From Octopus bimaculoides (lineage: Eukaryota), in assembly GCF_001194135.2 (NCBI RefSeq), contig NC_068981.1, forward strand, positions 124,497,177 to 124,546,467: DNA of 49,291 nt. Direction: 5' to 3'. Positions 1 to 11,799 of this stretch are shown in pieces. The notes under the pieces were generated by a model. That model did not search any database and had not been told where the DNA came from. It saw only the letters and a program-made list of their open reading frames with translations. The translations under genes and the position numbers were made by a program. Each line of letters begins with the position of its first letter. The stretch's first letter is position 1.

Positions 1-139
1 TATATATATATATATTTATATATATATAAAAGAAAAAAATAGAGTGAAAAAAGTACAAAAGACTTGTGTTATATGGTTAAAAAATAGATTTAAATCGTCA
101 TATTAGAAAAATGTCTAAAAATATTTTGTGAGTCATGAC

Positions 140-1490
140 ATTGTTTCTGGAGAAATAACCGGTTTCGTATTTTCTTTTTAGATTCTCAAATTTATTTGTA
201 CCGGTATTGTGTCATCTCTTCGCTATGGTGTGAAGTAGGAGAGTTCCAGGGAGGTAATCAGAGATATTTTCGATATAAGGGAGATAATCAAGTATGTTGG
301 GAATGATTAGGTTGTATTAATTTAACATGATTTGATTTTGACAGAATAGAATGTTAGAAGTAGTTAAGTTTTGCTTTATATTTTTTTCGATGAGGTAAGT
401 TTCCTTATTTAAACATGCTAGAAATGTTTAAGTTTAAGCTTATATTTTTCAATGAAGTAGGCTTCCTTATTTAATCTAACTTGTGTTGTTGTTCCAATGG
501 CATATTGATAAAATGAAAAAATTACAAATTGTGGTAGCAGTTGCTTTGCGCATCTCTCAATGTGTTCACTAAACGGTATCATTCTGTATTCTGGTAATGC
601 AATCTGCGTCTGAGCGATAATCCCATGGACCCTTTGTAGTTTTGGTGACAGCCCGAGCATTTTATAACATAAATCAGGTTTTCTGAAACACAAGTAAAAT
701 CAGATTTGATTTTGTATTTTTATCCCTCTTTGGAAAGGAATTCTAATCCTTCTAGAAGGTTTGGGCATGTTACGCAATTTGGTCGACCACATTTTTTCAC
801 TTTTGCGTCTGTTATTTTAGAAAATAATTTTGCCTTTGTGAGGATCTCTTTTAGTGATTTCGGTTGTTTGTGGTTTTCAATGATCTTATGTGTGTGCAAA
901 ATTTCCTTTAAGTTGGGGTCCTCATGTAACATTGGTAAATTTGGGGTGATGATGGTGAAGGTTTCTTTGTTTCTGGGGTTGTATGTGGATATGTACGGCA
1001 GTATTTTCGGGGAAGGTGCGTTGCAGTGTTGAATTTTTCTTAAGGCTTTTATGTCGAGTTGTGTTGCACGTCTGATTCCATCCTCTATGAGTTGAACTGG
1101 GTAGTGTCTGTCAATCAGGATGTTTTTGAGTTCTTGCAGTCTAAAGTCTCTGTTATTTTTTCTGACAATATTGTGCATATCTTTTTTGCAAGGTTGAAGG
1201 GATGTTTGTTTTGGTGTGTCTCGGGTGGCATGAATTAAATAGTAGATATTGTTTGGCGTCAGTGATTTTGTAAAATATGTCCGTTTCTATTTTTAGGTTT
1301 ATTTCTTTAATTAGTATATCCAAGAATTCCCATCCTTGGGTATACTAATTTGGTTGGACTCCATTGTGAACTGTATGTTTGGGTTGACGCTGTTCAATAG
1401 TCTTTTGAGTTCCGGGAGTTTGTGTTTTCATTCCAAAGGATGAAACAGTCGTCTAGGAATCTTTTCCAATTTTCTTTTATGTATTGGGGA
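140..1490 (-). mobile_element. Penelope-like retroelement fragment (RT C-terminus, linker, GIY-YIG endonuclease, 3' flank), frameshifted
   Basis: Minus-strand translation gives WKRFLDDCFILW (RT catalytic motif, ~1435-1470), ETDIFYKITDAKQYLLFNSCHPRHTKTNIPFNL, ORF 720-1178 ending KKCGRPNCVTCPNL, and ORF 418-693 (FSEHIERC...RLNKEAYFIEKYK), typical of the GIY-YIG C-terminus. Confidence 0.9.
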
Positions 1491-2009
1491 AAAAAATGTA
1501 TGTATGTAAGCATGTATATATGTATGCATGCATGTTTGTACTTGTATATTGAATCGTAACACGACGTTGTCATAATTTTATTAAATTCATCAAGATTTCT
1601 TTTTCATTTTGTTTTGTTTTGTTTTTATGTTTTTTTTTTTTTTGGTGGGGGCTGCTCTTTGGAGGTATTTTTTAATATTTTCACCCGAGTTCTTTGTAGA
1701 TTGTTTGCAACAGAAAAGTTCCTAACGTGATGTTGGTGAATATTATAACCGCTTTTAAGCAGGTCAAGCAAATGGGGTTGATGTAGATATTACCACCGAA
1801 GTGTAAATTTTTGATTGTTACAAAATAAATAAGCAAAAGTAAACTTGAGAAACATGACAAATCTTGAGAATCTTTTAGGATAAAATAGGACTGAATCAAG
1901 AAAAGAGATGTAGAGAGATTAATAGTATTAATAGCATGATAGTTCAGAGGGTATTTAAGGTACAGAAGTTACAGAAATATGTTTTTCACGTCAGATCATA
2001 TTTACTTTC

Positions 2010-2325
2010 CCCTAGAGTTGTATAACACAGAATTTACGTCTTCCATATACAACGAAGCACTGATCTCTTTTGAAGATATTGCTCTGTGCATGTTTGACAA
2101 CGACTTGAACAGTGAAGGCTGTAGATCCAGTACAAACTATTGCTGCAAACTTTAGTCGTGAGATTCTTTACGCAGTCAATATATGATTTTATGACTGGAA
2201 CAGGTTTTCTTTCAAAATGAATCATTTTTGGCTCCAAATAAAAATAAAAGCTTATACAAGAATCAAACAATTGCTGGCATTCATTCGGAAGGGGTAGTTT
2301 TCCATTTGTGTTTCGGTGGAAAGAA
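2010..2325 (+). mobile_element. Highly decayed Helitron RepHel fragment (just upstream of the PIF1 helicase Walker A)
   Basis: Plus-strand pieces IYNEALISFEDIALCM, ANFSREIL and GVVFHLCFGGK resemble the Helitron IYNEALI.IED..., REIL...YD and G..FFLDAPGGTGK segments; many stops. Confidence 0.55.
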
Positions 2326-3215
2326 CATACATAAATACACTCACATACACACACATACGCACACACACACACAAACATACATACATTCATCCATACATAC
2401 ATATATGCATGCATATGTGCTTACATACGTGCATGCATACATAACACGTTTTCTGTGACTAAGCGATATCCCAGTAAAACGAGAAAAATTTGGTAAGGAT
2501 AGAGGTTTGCTCTGTGGTGCATTGCTTGTGGGTAATGGAAGGTATATTGTGAAGGCCGGTATTTTTGTCGGTTTCAAACAACCAGAGATACTTTCGTACG
2601 TGGCATGAATATGTCCACAGTGGCCCATATGGGTCTTTACCCTTTAACGCTTTATAATTAAGAAGTGTATAAAAAAAATTGAAATATTTCATGTATTGTA
2701 GAAGTTTAAGCAACAAAATCTTATATGGATCCCAGTTATGACCCACTGGTCTAGGATGTTATTTGTAAACGTAGTAACAGATATGGGAACACTACTACAT
2801 TCTGGGCTTCACTTGAGCTTTGTGAAGGCGTTAGTTGTTGTTTGATGCTGAAAGGCTCGTTATTTGGTGCTGATGAGGTAAACCACTCTTTGTAAGTCAT
2901 GGATGACGACTAGTGATGATGGTGATGGAGTTATTACACAGACGAATTACAAAACAGTGGTAAATTGCTGGTTGAAATTATATCTCAAAGGTTAAGCGGT
3001 GAGCAACAGTAAACGTTGAATTTTAAAGACTGACTCATATGTGAATGACCCCGCTTTTTTATTTGCAGACTGCATTTTATTTAATGGAAGTTAAAGACTG
3101 AAAAGCTAAGTGGTATACAGAAAATTTGATATACAGAACAAAATCTTGTATATACTATATGAGAGTTAGCCACCAATTTAATATTAAGCATAGCATTGTA
3201 TTATAACTTACAATC

Positions 3216-3433
3216 ATAATTCTTTCTACTATAAGTACAAGACCTAGAACCTTCTGGGAAATGGGCTAGTAGATTACATCGACACCAGTGCTCAACTGGT
3301 ATTTATTTTATCGACTCCAAAAGGATGAAAAACATGACTAACCTCAACGGATTTTGAGCTCAAAACGCAGAGCCCGAAGAAATGCTGTTAAGCATTCTGT
3401 ACAGCGCGCTAAGGACCCTACAGGTCGCTGCCT
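3216..3433 (-). mobile_element. tRNA-derived SINE family A (tail type 1), degenerate
   Basis: Matches copies at 15177 and 34998 (gattacatcgac.ccagtg, ttatcgac.cc.aaaggatgaaa, tail ...gtagaaagaattat on the minus strand). Confidence 0.75.
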
Positions 3434-3449
3434 AATGGTTTCAAGTTTT

Positions 3450-3641
3450 GGTACAAGGCTAGCAATTCTGGAGGAGGCGGTAAGTTAATTACATCGTTCC
3501 CAGTGCTCAATAGATATTTATTTTATCGATCCTGAAAGGATAAAAGGCTAAAATCGGCCTCGGCGGAATTTGAACTGTGACTGTAAAGAGCCGAAAGAAA
3601 TGTCGCTTAGCATTTTGTCCGGCGTGGTAACGATTCCTCCA
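3450..3641 (-). mobile_element. tRNA-derived SINE family A, degenerate
   Basis: Same body (ttatcgatcctgaaaggat, cctcggcggaatttgaact, agcattttgtccggcgtggtaacgattc). Confidence 0.8.
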
Positions 3642-3733
3642 GGTGATTGCTTTGACTTATAATTATGTGTATATTTATTTGTTTCTTAAAATAAAATACA
3701 TTATTATTTATTTAATAGAACCGAAACAATATT

Positions 3734-3954
3734 TATTTCATAATTGCCCACAGGGGGCTAAACATAGAGGGGAGAAACAAAGACAGATAAAGGGATGAAG
3801 TCGATTACATCGACCTCAGTGCGTAACTGGTACTTCTTTAATCGACCCCGAAAGGATGAAAGGCAAGGTCGACCTCGGCGGAATTTTAACTCAGAACGTA
3901 ACGGCGGACGAAATACCGCTAAGCATTTCGCCCGGCGTGCTAACGATTCTGTCA
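3734..3954 (-). mobile_element. tRNA-derived SINE family A (tail type 2)
   Basis: Well-preserved copy; high identity to 18022-18166 and to the body of 15177-15397. Confidence 0.9.
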
Positions 3955-3979
3955 TGGCGTGTAAATTCCCCACCTGCAT

Positions 3980-4140
3980 GGGATGCCAGTCCATCGTAGG
4001 ATTTACTCACTTCTTCCAGTTGTGGACTGAAGCAACGTGAAATGAAGTGTTTTGCTCAAGAACACAGTGCGTCGCCCAGTCCAGGAATCGAAACCACAAT
4101 CTTACGATCATGAGTCCAATACTCTAATCACTAAGCCTCC
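3980..4140 (-). mobile_element. tRNA-derived SINE family C (CORE-like central motif)
   Basis: Minus strand: ggcttagtgattagag (A box) ... ggtttcgattcc (B box) ... gtgttcttgagcaaaacact; related to 36950-37245. Confidence 0.75.
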
Positions 4141-4179
4141 ACAGAACTGAAACAATATTAAGTGGAAAATAGTATTATA

Positions 4180-5093
4180 CAAGGTGTTCTGGAATTAGTT
4201 GTCTATTTCAATGAAATCGCGCAAATTTTAAAAGAGCTGACGGATTTTATGTGTAATACTTAGTTATGATACCAAAACGAATAGATTTATAAATCCTACG
4301 CCAAAACTTTATTGAAAGTGTTCAACATGTGCTCTCTCTGTATCCCTGCAAATTCCAAATCTATCCTTAGCGTTACGAAACACGTTCTGAAGCATTTCAT
4401 AGTTATCTCCTGCACTTCAAACTGAACGCGCTCTTTTTTAAGTTCAGCTAAACTATTACTCCATCCTGAGGATGGAGGTAGAGAAAGATATTGCAGCCAC
4501 ATTGGAAAAAGTTTTCGTAGGCAGATAAACGGGTTCCAGCAGGAATGAAAATAAAATTATAAAATTATAAAACTATGACAAAATTAAAAATTTATACACT
4601 TTTAATACATATTAAGCATGATTGTTGTTGTTGGCACTCCGTCGCTTACGACGACGAGGGTTCCAGTTGATCCAATCAACGGAACAGCCTGCTCGTGAAA
4701 TTAACGTGTAAGTGGCTGAGCACTCCACAGACACGTGTACCCTTAACGTAGTTCTCGGGGATAATCAGCGTGACACAGTGTGACAAGGCTGACCCTTTGA
4801 ATTACAGGTACAACAGAAACAGGAAGTAAGAGTGAGTGAAAGTTGTGGTGGAAGAGTACAGCAGGGTTCGCCACCATCCCCTGCCGGAGCCTCGTGGAGC
4901 TTTAGGTGTTTTCGCTCAATAAACACTCACAACGCCCGGTCTGGGAATCGAAACTGCGATCCTATGACCGCGAGTCCGCTGCCCTAACCACTGGGCCATT
5001 GCGCCTCCCATTAAGCATGATAAACATAAATAAAAGTTTCTTAATAAAATGTCCGATTTCACTGAAATAGGTCATTAATTCTGGGACACCCTA
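4180..5093 (-). mobile_element. Non-autonomous IS630-Tc1-mariner element, interrupted by a SINE
   Basis: Imperfect TIRs caaggtgttctggaattagttgtctatttcaatgaaatcg (4180-) and cgatttcactgaaataggtcattaattctgggacacccta (-5093); TA on the left; minus-strand transposase C-terminus EMLQNVFRNAKDRFGICRDTERAHVEHFQ*. Confidence 0.75.
4623..5008 (-). mobile_element. Full-length tRNA-derived SINE family B with 12-bp TSD
   Basis: Head ggaggcgcaatggcccagtggttagggc...gtttcgattccc, (CAA)n tail, TSD attaagcatgat at 4611-4622 and 5010-5021; second copy at 29094-29428. Confidence 0.92.
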
Positions 5094-5224
5094 TTTACTG
5101 GGTATTCAGGCTAAATTTAACAATTTTTATGTCCCCCTTTTACAGGAACAACTTAAAATATTGGTGAACAGTCAATGGCGTTGGAGAGCATAAAGATTAA
5201 AGTTGTTAAGAAAATATTAGACAC

Positions 5225-5845
5225 GCAGGACTGGAAGCTGTCTGATTGTTGAAAAAACAGTTACTTGCATCGTGAAGATTTACGCCGAGTACCAAAATGG
5301 CAAACAACATAATTGCTGCTCAATGCTCTGTGAACACTATGGGCATCTACAACCGAGTCTACAAAGCCGTGGCCAGCAGGGGTGGGAGAAAACAAAAGGC
5401 GTTCTGATTACCTACGCATGCCAGAATTCATCCGACAACTGCTGGACAGAGCTTTAGGCTCAATACAGACGGTTATGTAACGTTGCTGGAGACTGTGATC
5501 AATCCCTGGCTCATGAAGGTTGCTGCTAGAAAGCCATATGTGTGACAGCAGGATTCGGTTCCCTGCCAAATCTCCGGAATGAGTCAGGAGTGGTTATCAA
5601 ATAATTTCTACGTCTTCACCAGCCGCAGTTTCTGGCTTCGTAATTCCTCCGTTAATAATCCTACGGATTACTCGGCGTGGAGTACAACTGAGAAAGATAC
5701 CAAGCATTCTGACCAAGCTGGCGGCCAAGCTGGTGGCCAAGATGGAGGTATTCGAAGAACTTCTCAGTCACACAGCGAGGAGCGCATGCATCAGGTCCCG
5801 GAGACGTCCCGAGGCTGTGATGGGAGTTGACGTTGTCTGCTTTTG
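5225..5845 (+). mobile_element. Decayed IS630-Tc1-mariner transposase (DD37D/maT-like)
   Basis: RLNTDGYVTLLETVINPWLMKVAARKPYV*QQDSVPC...SQEWLSNNFYVFTSRSFWLRNSSVNNPTDYSAWSTTEKDT matches the QQDSAP.H...WPPNSPD.NP.DY catalytic region; family assignment is by recall. Confidence 0.8.
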
Positions 5846-6099
5846 GTACATATATATATATGGGAAAAATTTAACCATCACTAAGTGTGACTACGCCACC
5901 GAAGCACCTACATTGCTAGGAATAAGAGTTTAAAAAATCTTAATGCTGTAATGTTGTATGAAGAGCGCAATATATATACTCTGACAAGGGACGTAACCCG
6001 CCTCATGACCGTCTCTAGAATCCCTAGACTAAGCCTAGTTTCACCTATTCTGTGGTATCATCTGTAGTGACTTCTCAGTTGCATCTGCAAGTACATATA

Positions 6100-6756
6100 C
6101 GAGGGGAAGTCAAAAATTATCTACTCTTTCGCCATAACATATCTTTATTATTATTACACTGCCTTCTGCGCATGCATGCTTATAGTTGGTACTATTGTGG
6201 GTACGTGATCGAAGTTTGAGCCTGATTGTCGCATTTTTCTTTCTGGCTTTATAGTGTAAGCATGGCCGCTCCACTTGCAATGTGCACCGAAGAAGAACAA
6301 TGAGCAGTGATCCGAGAGATGGTAATGGTGTACCGATTCACTATTACCATCTCTCCAGTTTGCTGAATCTTCTCGTCAGTTGACAAGTGTCCTACTCTCC
6401 TTTCGTACATCACGCTTGTCCTGCCACTTTTATTCCTCTCGATCCACTCATACACACTTCTACGCGGTAGTGCATTGTGCTTGTATTGTGCCAGAAGCCT
6501 CTAATAAATTTCAGCACCTGACACTCCTTCAGACCAGAGACGTTGGATCACTGCTCTTTGTTCTTCTTTGGTGAACATTGCTAGTGGAGCGGCCATACTT
6601 ACACTGTAAAGCCAGAAAGAAAAATGGTGCGATCAGACTCAAACTTCGATCACGTGACCACAATAATACCAACTATAAGCACACATGCGCAGAAAGCAGT
6701 GTAACAATAACAAAGATGTTATGGCGAAAGTGCGGATAATCTTTGACTTCTCCTCG
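6100..6756. mobile_element. Palindromic mariner derivative made of two 5' ends (about 214-bp inverted arms), TA TSD
   Basis: Ends ta|cgaggggaagtcaaaaattatc and gataatctttgacttctcctcg|ta; arms 6100-6313 and 6545-6756 both encode MAAPLAM.T.EEQ.AVI; the minus strand continues into the transposase HTH (WSEGVSGAEIY...VYEWIERNKSGRTSV). Confidence 0.9.
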
Positions 6757-6970
6757 TACTTTTACCATAAATATTCATGGGTGATTTAGTGAAATGCTAA
6801 TGCGTATACTAAAAATTAACATAAACAGCTAGGCGCAATGTAATACTATAAAGGAAAACTTTAATCGTCACTAAGTTTGACTAAGCACCTACATTGCAAG
6901 AAATAAGATGCCTACAGAATAGGCGAAACTAGGCCCAATCTGGGTTATTGGAGCAGTTGCCTCCATTTCA

Positions 6971-7013
<43 letters not shown>

Positions 7014-7020
7014 ATACAAA

Positions 7021-7295
7021 ATGGGACAAGAACGCAAAACATCCAGACAGTTAGGTGATACAAGAAAGGGACAACAAAACATCCAGGTCATTCGGAGTTT
7101 TCTTTCTTCAGTCGAGATCCAGATCATCTTTGCAATTTCGGCTGGTTATTCTCGATATTGCTCCAATCTGGCCAGACACAAGGAAAAACTAAGCTAAGAG
7201 CATTAGATTCCTTGGAAGAAACTAGCGAATGTATACGAAAACAAGGACGGAAAAAACCGAACAATGTTACACAAATACAATAAAAATAATAACAG
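7021..7295. repeat. Probable interspersed repeat, unclassified, between (TA)n and a gap
   Basis: Complex sequence with an internal duplicated motif (aaaacatccag at ~7036 and ~7077); recalled as a common octopus repeat but single-copy here. Confidence 0.3.
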
Positions 7296-7467
7296 NNNNN
7301 NNNNNNNNNNNNNNNNNNNNNNNNNNNNNNNNNNNNNNNNNNNNNNNNNNNNNNNNNNNNNNNNNNNNNNNNNNNNNNNNNNNNNNNNNNNNNNNNNNNN
7401 NNNNNNNNNNNNNNNNNNNNNNNNNNNNNNNNNNNNNNNNNNNNNNNNNNNNNNNNNNNNNNNNNNN

Positions 7468-7566
<99 letters not shown>

Positions 7567-7735
7567 TGCACTTTTCTTACAGCATTAAAAGTTTTTTGAC
7601 TTTTATTTCTAACTAGGTAGGTCCTTCGGCGACTTTAGTGGCGATCAAATTTTTCCTTTATCGTATTACATTGCGCCTACCTGTTTATATCTATTTAATG
7701 TAATTTTGTTTACATACACACGTGTTATATTTATA

Positions 7736-10560
7736 CTAGTAGAAACACTCGTCATTGACTGAGTTGAAAGAAGCTTCCAAAATTGTACTATGAATATTGA
7801 AAGTTATTCACTTAGATTGCATTGAACATATATAAGAAATGATTGTTAACTTTCATGTAGACGATAGTGCTGTTTTCTTCTGGCCAGTATTACCATGGGT
7901 GCATATAAACTTCTAATCTATGGTCTATAGTATTTCAGTCTATAAATGAAGCAAACATAGCACAAACTTTGGCTTATGTTTTGTACAAGATAAGTAAACG
8001 AAGTTCGGGGAAAACTAAAAACATATGTACTATTATTTATTGAACTTAAGTATTACAACAAACAAAAATACTAATAGGTTTTCTTAGAGGAATATAGCGT
8101 GACGTTGACAATATTAATTCGAAGTTATTAATCATTCTGCAAATTTTAGTTTGTTGATCCTATGGTAAAAACTTCCTTCGGATATTACCAATAGGGAAAA
8201 AATGAAAAGATTGTTCTTGCTCTCCACTTTGGATGTCACAACATATAACTGACCATGTGAGAAACAGTGCTCTTCTAATTGCAAACCAGCAACTTTCAAA
8301 TTCTGGCCTTGGGACTTATTAATGGGCATTGCAAAAGACAGACGTATTGGAAATTGAAGTCATTTGAACTCGAAGGGTATATTGGAAGGTATTAAAGGTA
8401 AGCGAGGAATAAAAACATCTTCACCTTTTCCACAGCCAGAAATTATTGTGGTCTGTAAGACATTTCTCATTAGTTTCTTGACAACAAGTTTTGTGCCATT
8501 GCGCAGCTTTAGTTGAGAAAGGTTGCGCAGAAGCATGATTGGAATGCCTATTTTCAATGGAAGGATATGAGGAGGAGCTTATGGTGGCTGCAGTGAGTTT
8601 AAGAACTCAACCGGATAATTAGATATTTCCGATTCATCCACAACAGAGTCTATAGATTTGTAAGTGTGTTGGTTTCCTGATAAAAGTTTCTCGAGTTTTT
8701 CATTTAAATTATTCACAATAATGTTCTTTGGTGTCATGATTGCTTTTCGCACAACCAAGCAGCATTTGTGTAATTTGAAATCATATTTGGAAAAACTTTT
8801 TCAACAAGTTCCTCAACTGAGCTGACCAAGGTGCAGATTTTTGATAGATTCAAGTCACCTTCGTGATTGATATCTAGCCTTCCTTCTCCAAGTGCAAAAT
8901 AGTATGGGCAAATTGTTCCGACAGTTGATCCCAATGCAAATGTGCCCTCATATTTGTAGAAAGCTTTAACACTTTGATATGTTTCCATAAAACAGAAGAT
9001 TTCAGGCATGCTTTCAATTCATCCTTCTTTTTTTTCCCTGGGAATCACTAGCAAAGTTTGTCTGAAATTACCTGAAAGTACTACTGTCACACCTCGCATC
9101 AAACAATTAGAATTGTGCAAATCCTGCAGCATTCTGTTAACAGCTTCTACTGATTTCCTATGGCATATTGTAGCTTCATCCCATATGATCAAAGTGCATT
9201 TCTTGAGAACTTGAGCTAAAGAAGAACTTTTACTAATATTGCAGACAGGTTCATCATTTGAAGTTAATCTGAATAGCAGCTTGAATGCTGCATAAGCTGT
9301 TCGACCTGGGAGTAAAGTCGCAGCAATTCTGGAGCTCGCTACGGCTAAAGCTATCTACTTTTTCTGCCGGATTTTTTTCTTTCTTGCCTTTAACCCTCCA
9401 ACGCGGAGTATAGGCCACTTATAATTGAATTCCATGTCGCATAATTTTTCGCTTCTGTACTTATACTCTGCCATGAATGTCCCCCTTTCTCTAGTTCCTT
9501 TTGTGTTGACCTACACCACGAGTTATTAGGCCTACTCCTCTTTCTATATCCATCCGGATTCCACTGTAAAGCACTTTCCGCTACATTTGGTGTGTCTTTT
9601 CTAATTGTGCTACCAATCCACTCCACTTTTTCTTAAATATTTGCTCCCTAATCGAAACTTGATTCGTTCTTTGCCATAGCTCCATATTGCTTATGTGTTC
9701 GGGCCATCTGATTTTAAGTATACTACGCAAGCACCCGTTGATGAATGATTGTATTTGCTTATTTGACTTAATTGTTGTTCGCCATGCCTCAACCCCATAC
9801 AATAACACCGCTTTTACGTTAGTGTTAAAAATTCTTATTTTGTTCTGCCGGATTTGGCTAGCACTAAATTTGTAACAAAAGATTTTCCAGTCCCCCCTGG
9901 TGCGTCTAAAAAATATAATCTTCCTCTTTTATGTGTCACTTGGTCAATGACTGTTGTATATGCAAGTTGTTGGTCTGACAAAAGTTTCGGGACATTTTCT
10001 TCAAGAAATCTTGTTAATGAATCAATATCATACGAAGTTTCTCGCAAAACTTCTGTAATCAAATTATTCGCCTCATTTCGATGAGTTTCAGATAAGTCAA
10101 ACTTGCTGAGCTCCTCCCCTCCCATTGAGACAACACGATCTTCAATATCAACCGATGCAGAATTATGTCATCGTTGAATGTTATTTCCCTCTCAGGGAAT
10201 CTTAATTGTGCTTGATATTTGTAGTTTTCAGATAAATCATTCTTATATTTGTGCCACAACGCTAATCGATTACTTACTTCACAATTTAGGAGAAGAATTG
10301 CAAAAAGATCTCTCAAAGAAATAGTTGTGCGTGACATTGAAGCCTCGGCCATTATTCTACTCCACTGATTATCATTTTCTAACAAATTTAAGGCTAAACA
10401 GGCTTCTCTCTAAGTGCGAACAGTTTGACTAACAATCATTCTTAGGAAGAAGGAAATCAATCCTCTTATTTCATGAAGAAATAGCTTCAAAAAGAAACAT
10501 TCATAGTGACTCGGATGCGCAGAGTAAACTTTTTGTTGTCTTGACAAGTAATTTTATACT
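7736..10560 (-). mobile_element. Helitron 3' portion (end of Rep region + PIF1 helicase) with intact 3' terminus; split by an RTE insertion
   Basis: [56 protein letters not shown]...[40 protein letters not shown]; 3' end on the minus strand: hairpin (7748-7763), 8 nt, CTAG (7736-7739), then T. Confidence 0.93.
9375..9842 (-). mobile_element. 5'-truncated RTE-clade LINE inserted in the Helitron helicase, 13-bp TSD
   Basis: LLYGVEAWRTT...FINGCLRSILKIRWPEHISN..., WIGSTIRK...ALQWNPDGYRKRSRP; TSD ttctgccggattt at 9362-9374 and 9843-9855; the Helitron frame resumes on both sides. Confidence 0.9.
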
Positions 10561-10626
10561 TGGAGGACTCTCAACGTCAGCTCCTCTTTTTCTTATAGTA
10601 ATATAAAGTAATAGAGGTTATTACAG

Positions 10627-10718
<92 letters not shown>

Positions 10719-10720
10719 TC

Positions 10721-11098
10721 TCTTTTACTCTTTTACTTGTTTCAGTCATCTGACTGTGGTCATGCTGGAGCACCACCTTTAGTCGAGCAAATCGACCCCA
10801 GGACTTATTCTTTGGAAGCGTAGTACTTATTCTATCGGTCTCTTTTGCAGAACCGCTAAGTTACGGGGACGTAAACACACCAACATCGGTTGTCAAGCGA
10901 TGTTGGGGGGACAAACACAGACACGCAAACATATACACACACATACGTATATACATATATACGATGGGCTTCTTTCAGTTTCCGACTTCCAAATCCACTC
11001 ACAAGGCTTTGCTCGGCTCGAGGCTACAGTAAAAGACACTTGCCCAAGGTGCCATGCAGTGGGACTGAACCCGGAACCATGTGGTTGGTAAGCAAGCT
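10721..11098 (-). mobile_element. tRNA-derived SINE family D (with internal CA/TA microsatellite)
   Basis: Minus strand ggttccgggttcagtccc (B-box-like) followed by ggcaccttgggcaagtgtctt (conserved SINE core motif); second copy at 32723-33330. Confidence 0.88.
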
Positions 11099-11529
11099 AT
11101 ATATATATAGACTTATACACACGCACACACACGCATGCACACACACACACACACNNNNNNNNNNNNNNNNNNNNNNNNNNNNNNNNNNNNNNNNNNNNNN
11201 NNNNNNNNNNNNNNNNNNNNNNNNNNNNNNNNNNNATATATATATATATATATACACACGTATGTATACATGTGTGTATAAATGCATATCTATGTATATA
11301 TGTATCTATGTATGCATGTACACGTACACATCTTTTTAAATATATTTGTTTGTACATATGCGTATGTATGTAGGGCGGGGCGTATCTATGTTTGATTTTG
11401 CCATTTAGTACACCAACTGTTACATTGCTACATATTGAGATGACCTTCACCTTCCCATCACACCACACCAAGTTTACCAGGTCAACTATAAAATTCTGTC
11501 TCGAGCCGTCAGGTGAGCTTCTATGGACT

Positions 11530-11720
11530 CCATTTTCCTGCTAGAAATAGCAGCCAAATTTCCCTAAACCCACACGCTAACATCTTAAGCAAGAAAGGAC
11601 AAACAGGATAATGCGCATCTAAAAAAATAACAGGAGATTGGATGGTCACGGACGGCACGCCTTTGGCCATATATCGGATTAGTGGACGCAGACCTGGGAA
11701 TAAACTGCTACAGCACAACA
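11530..11720 (+). repeat. Unclassified interspersed repeat, copy 1
   Basis: Shares ordered motifs ctagaaatag ... ggatggtcac ... cctttg..cata with 11970-12150; a probable tail fragment lies at ~20570-20622. Confidence 0.45.
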
Positions 11721-11799
11721 ATTGAACTATCTTGCAAAAAAAAAAAAATAAAGAAATAAACTTGGTTTCTCGTTCACTTAATAAAATAGAACTAATATT

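Noticed and set aside
7085-7120. Minus-strand CTGAAGA...CGAAT, hammerhead-like
   Set aside because: GAAA is broken, stem II does not pair and no stem I partner is visible.
10580-10620. Possible Helitron 5' end (minus-strand tctattac...ataagaaaaagagg)
   Set aside because: The TC is preceded by C rather than the expected A, and the motif is low complexity.
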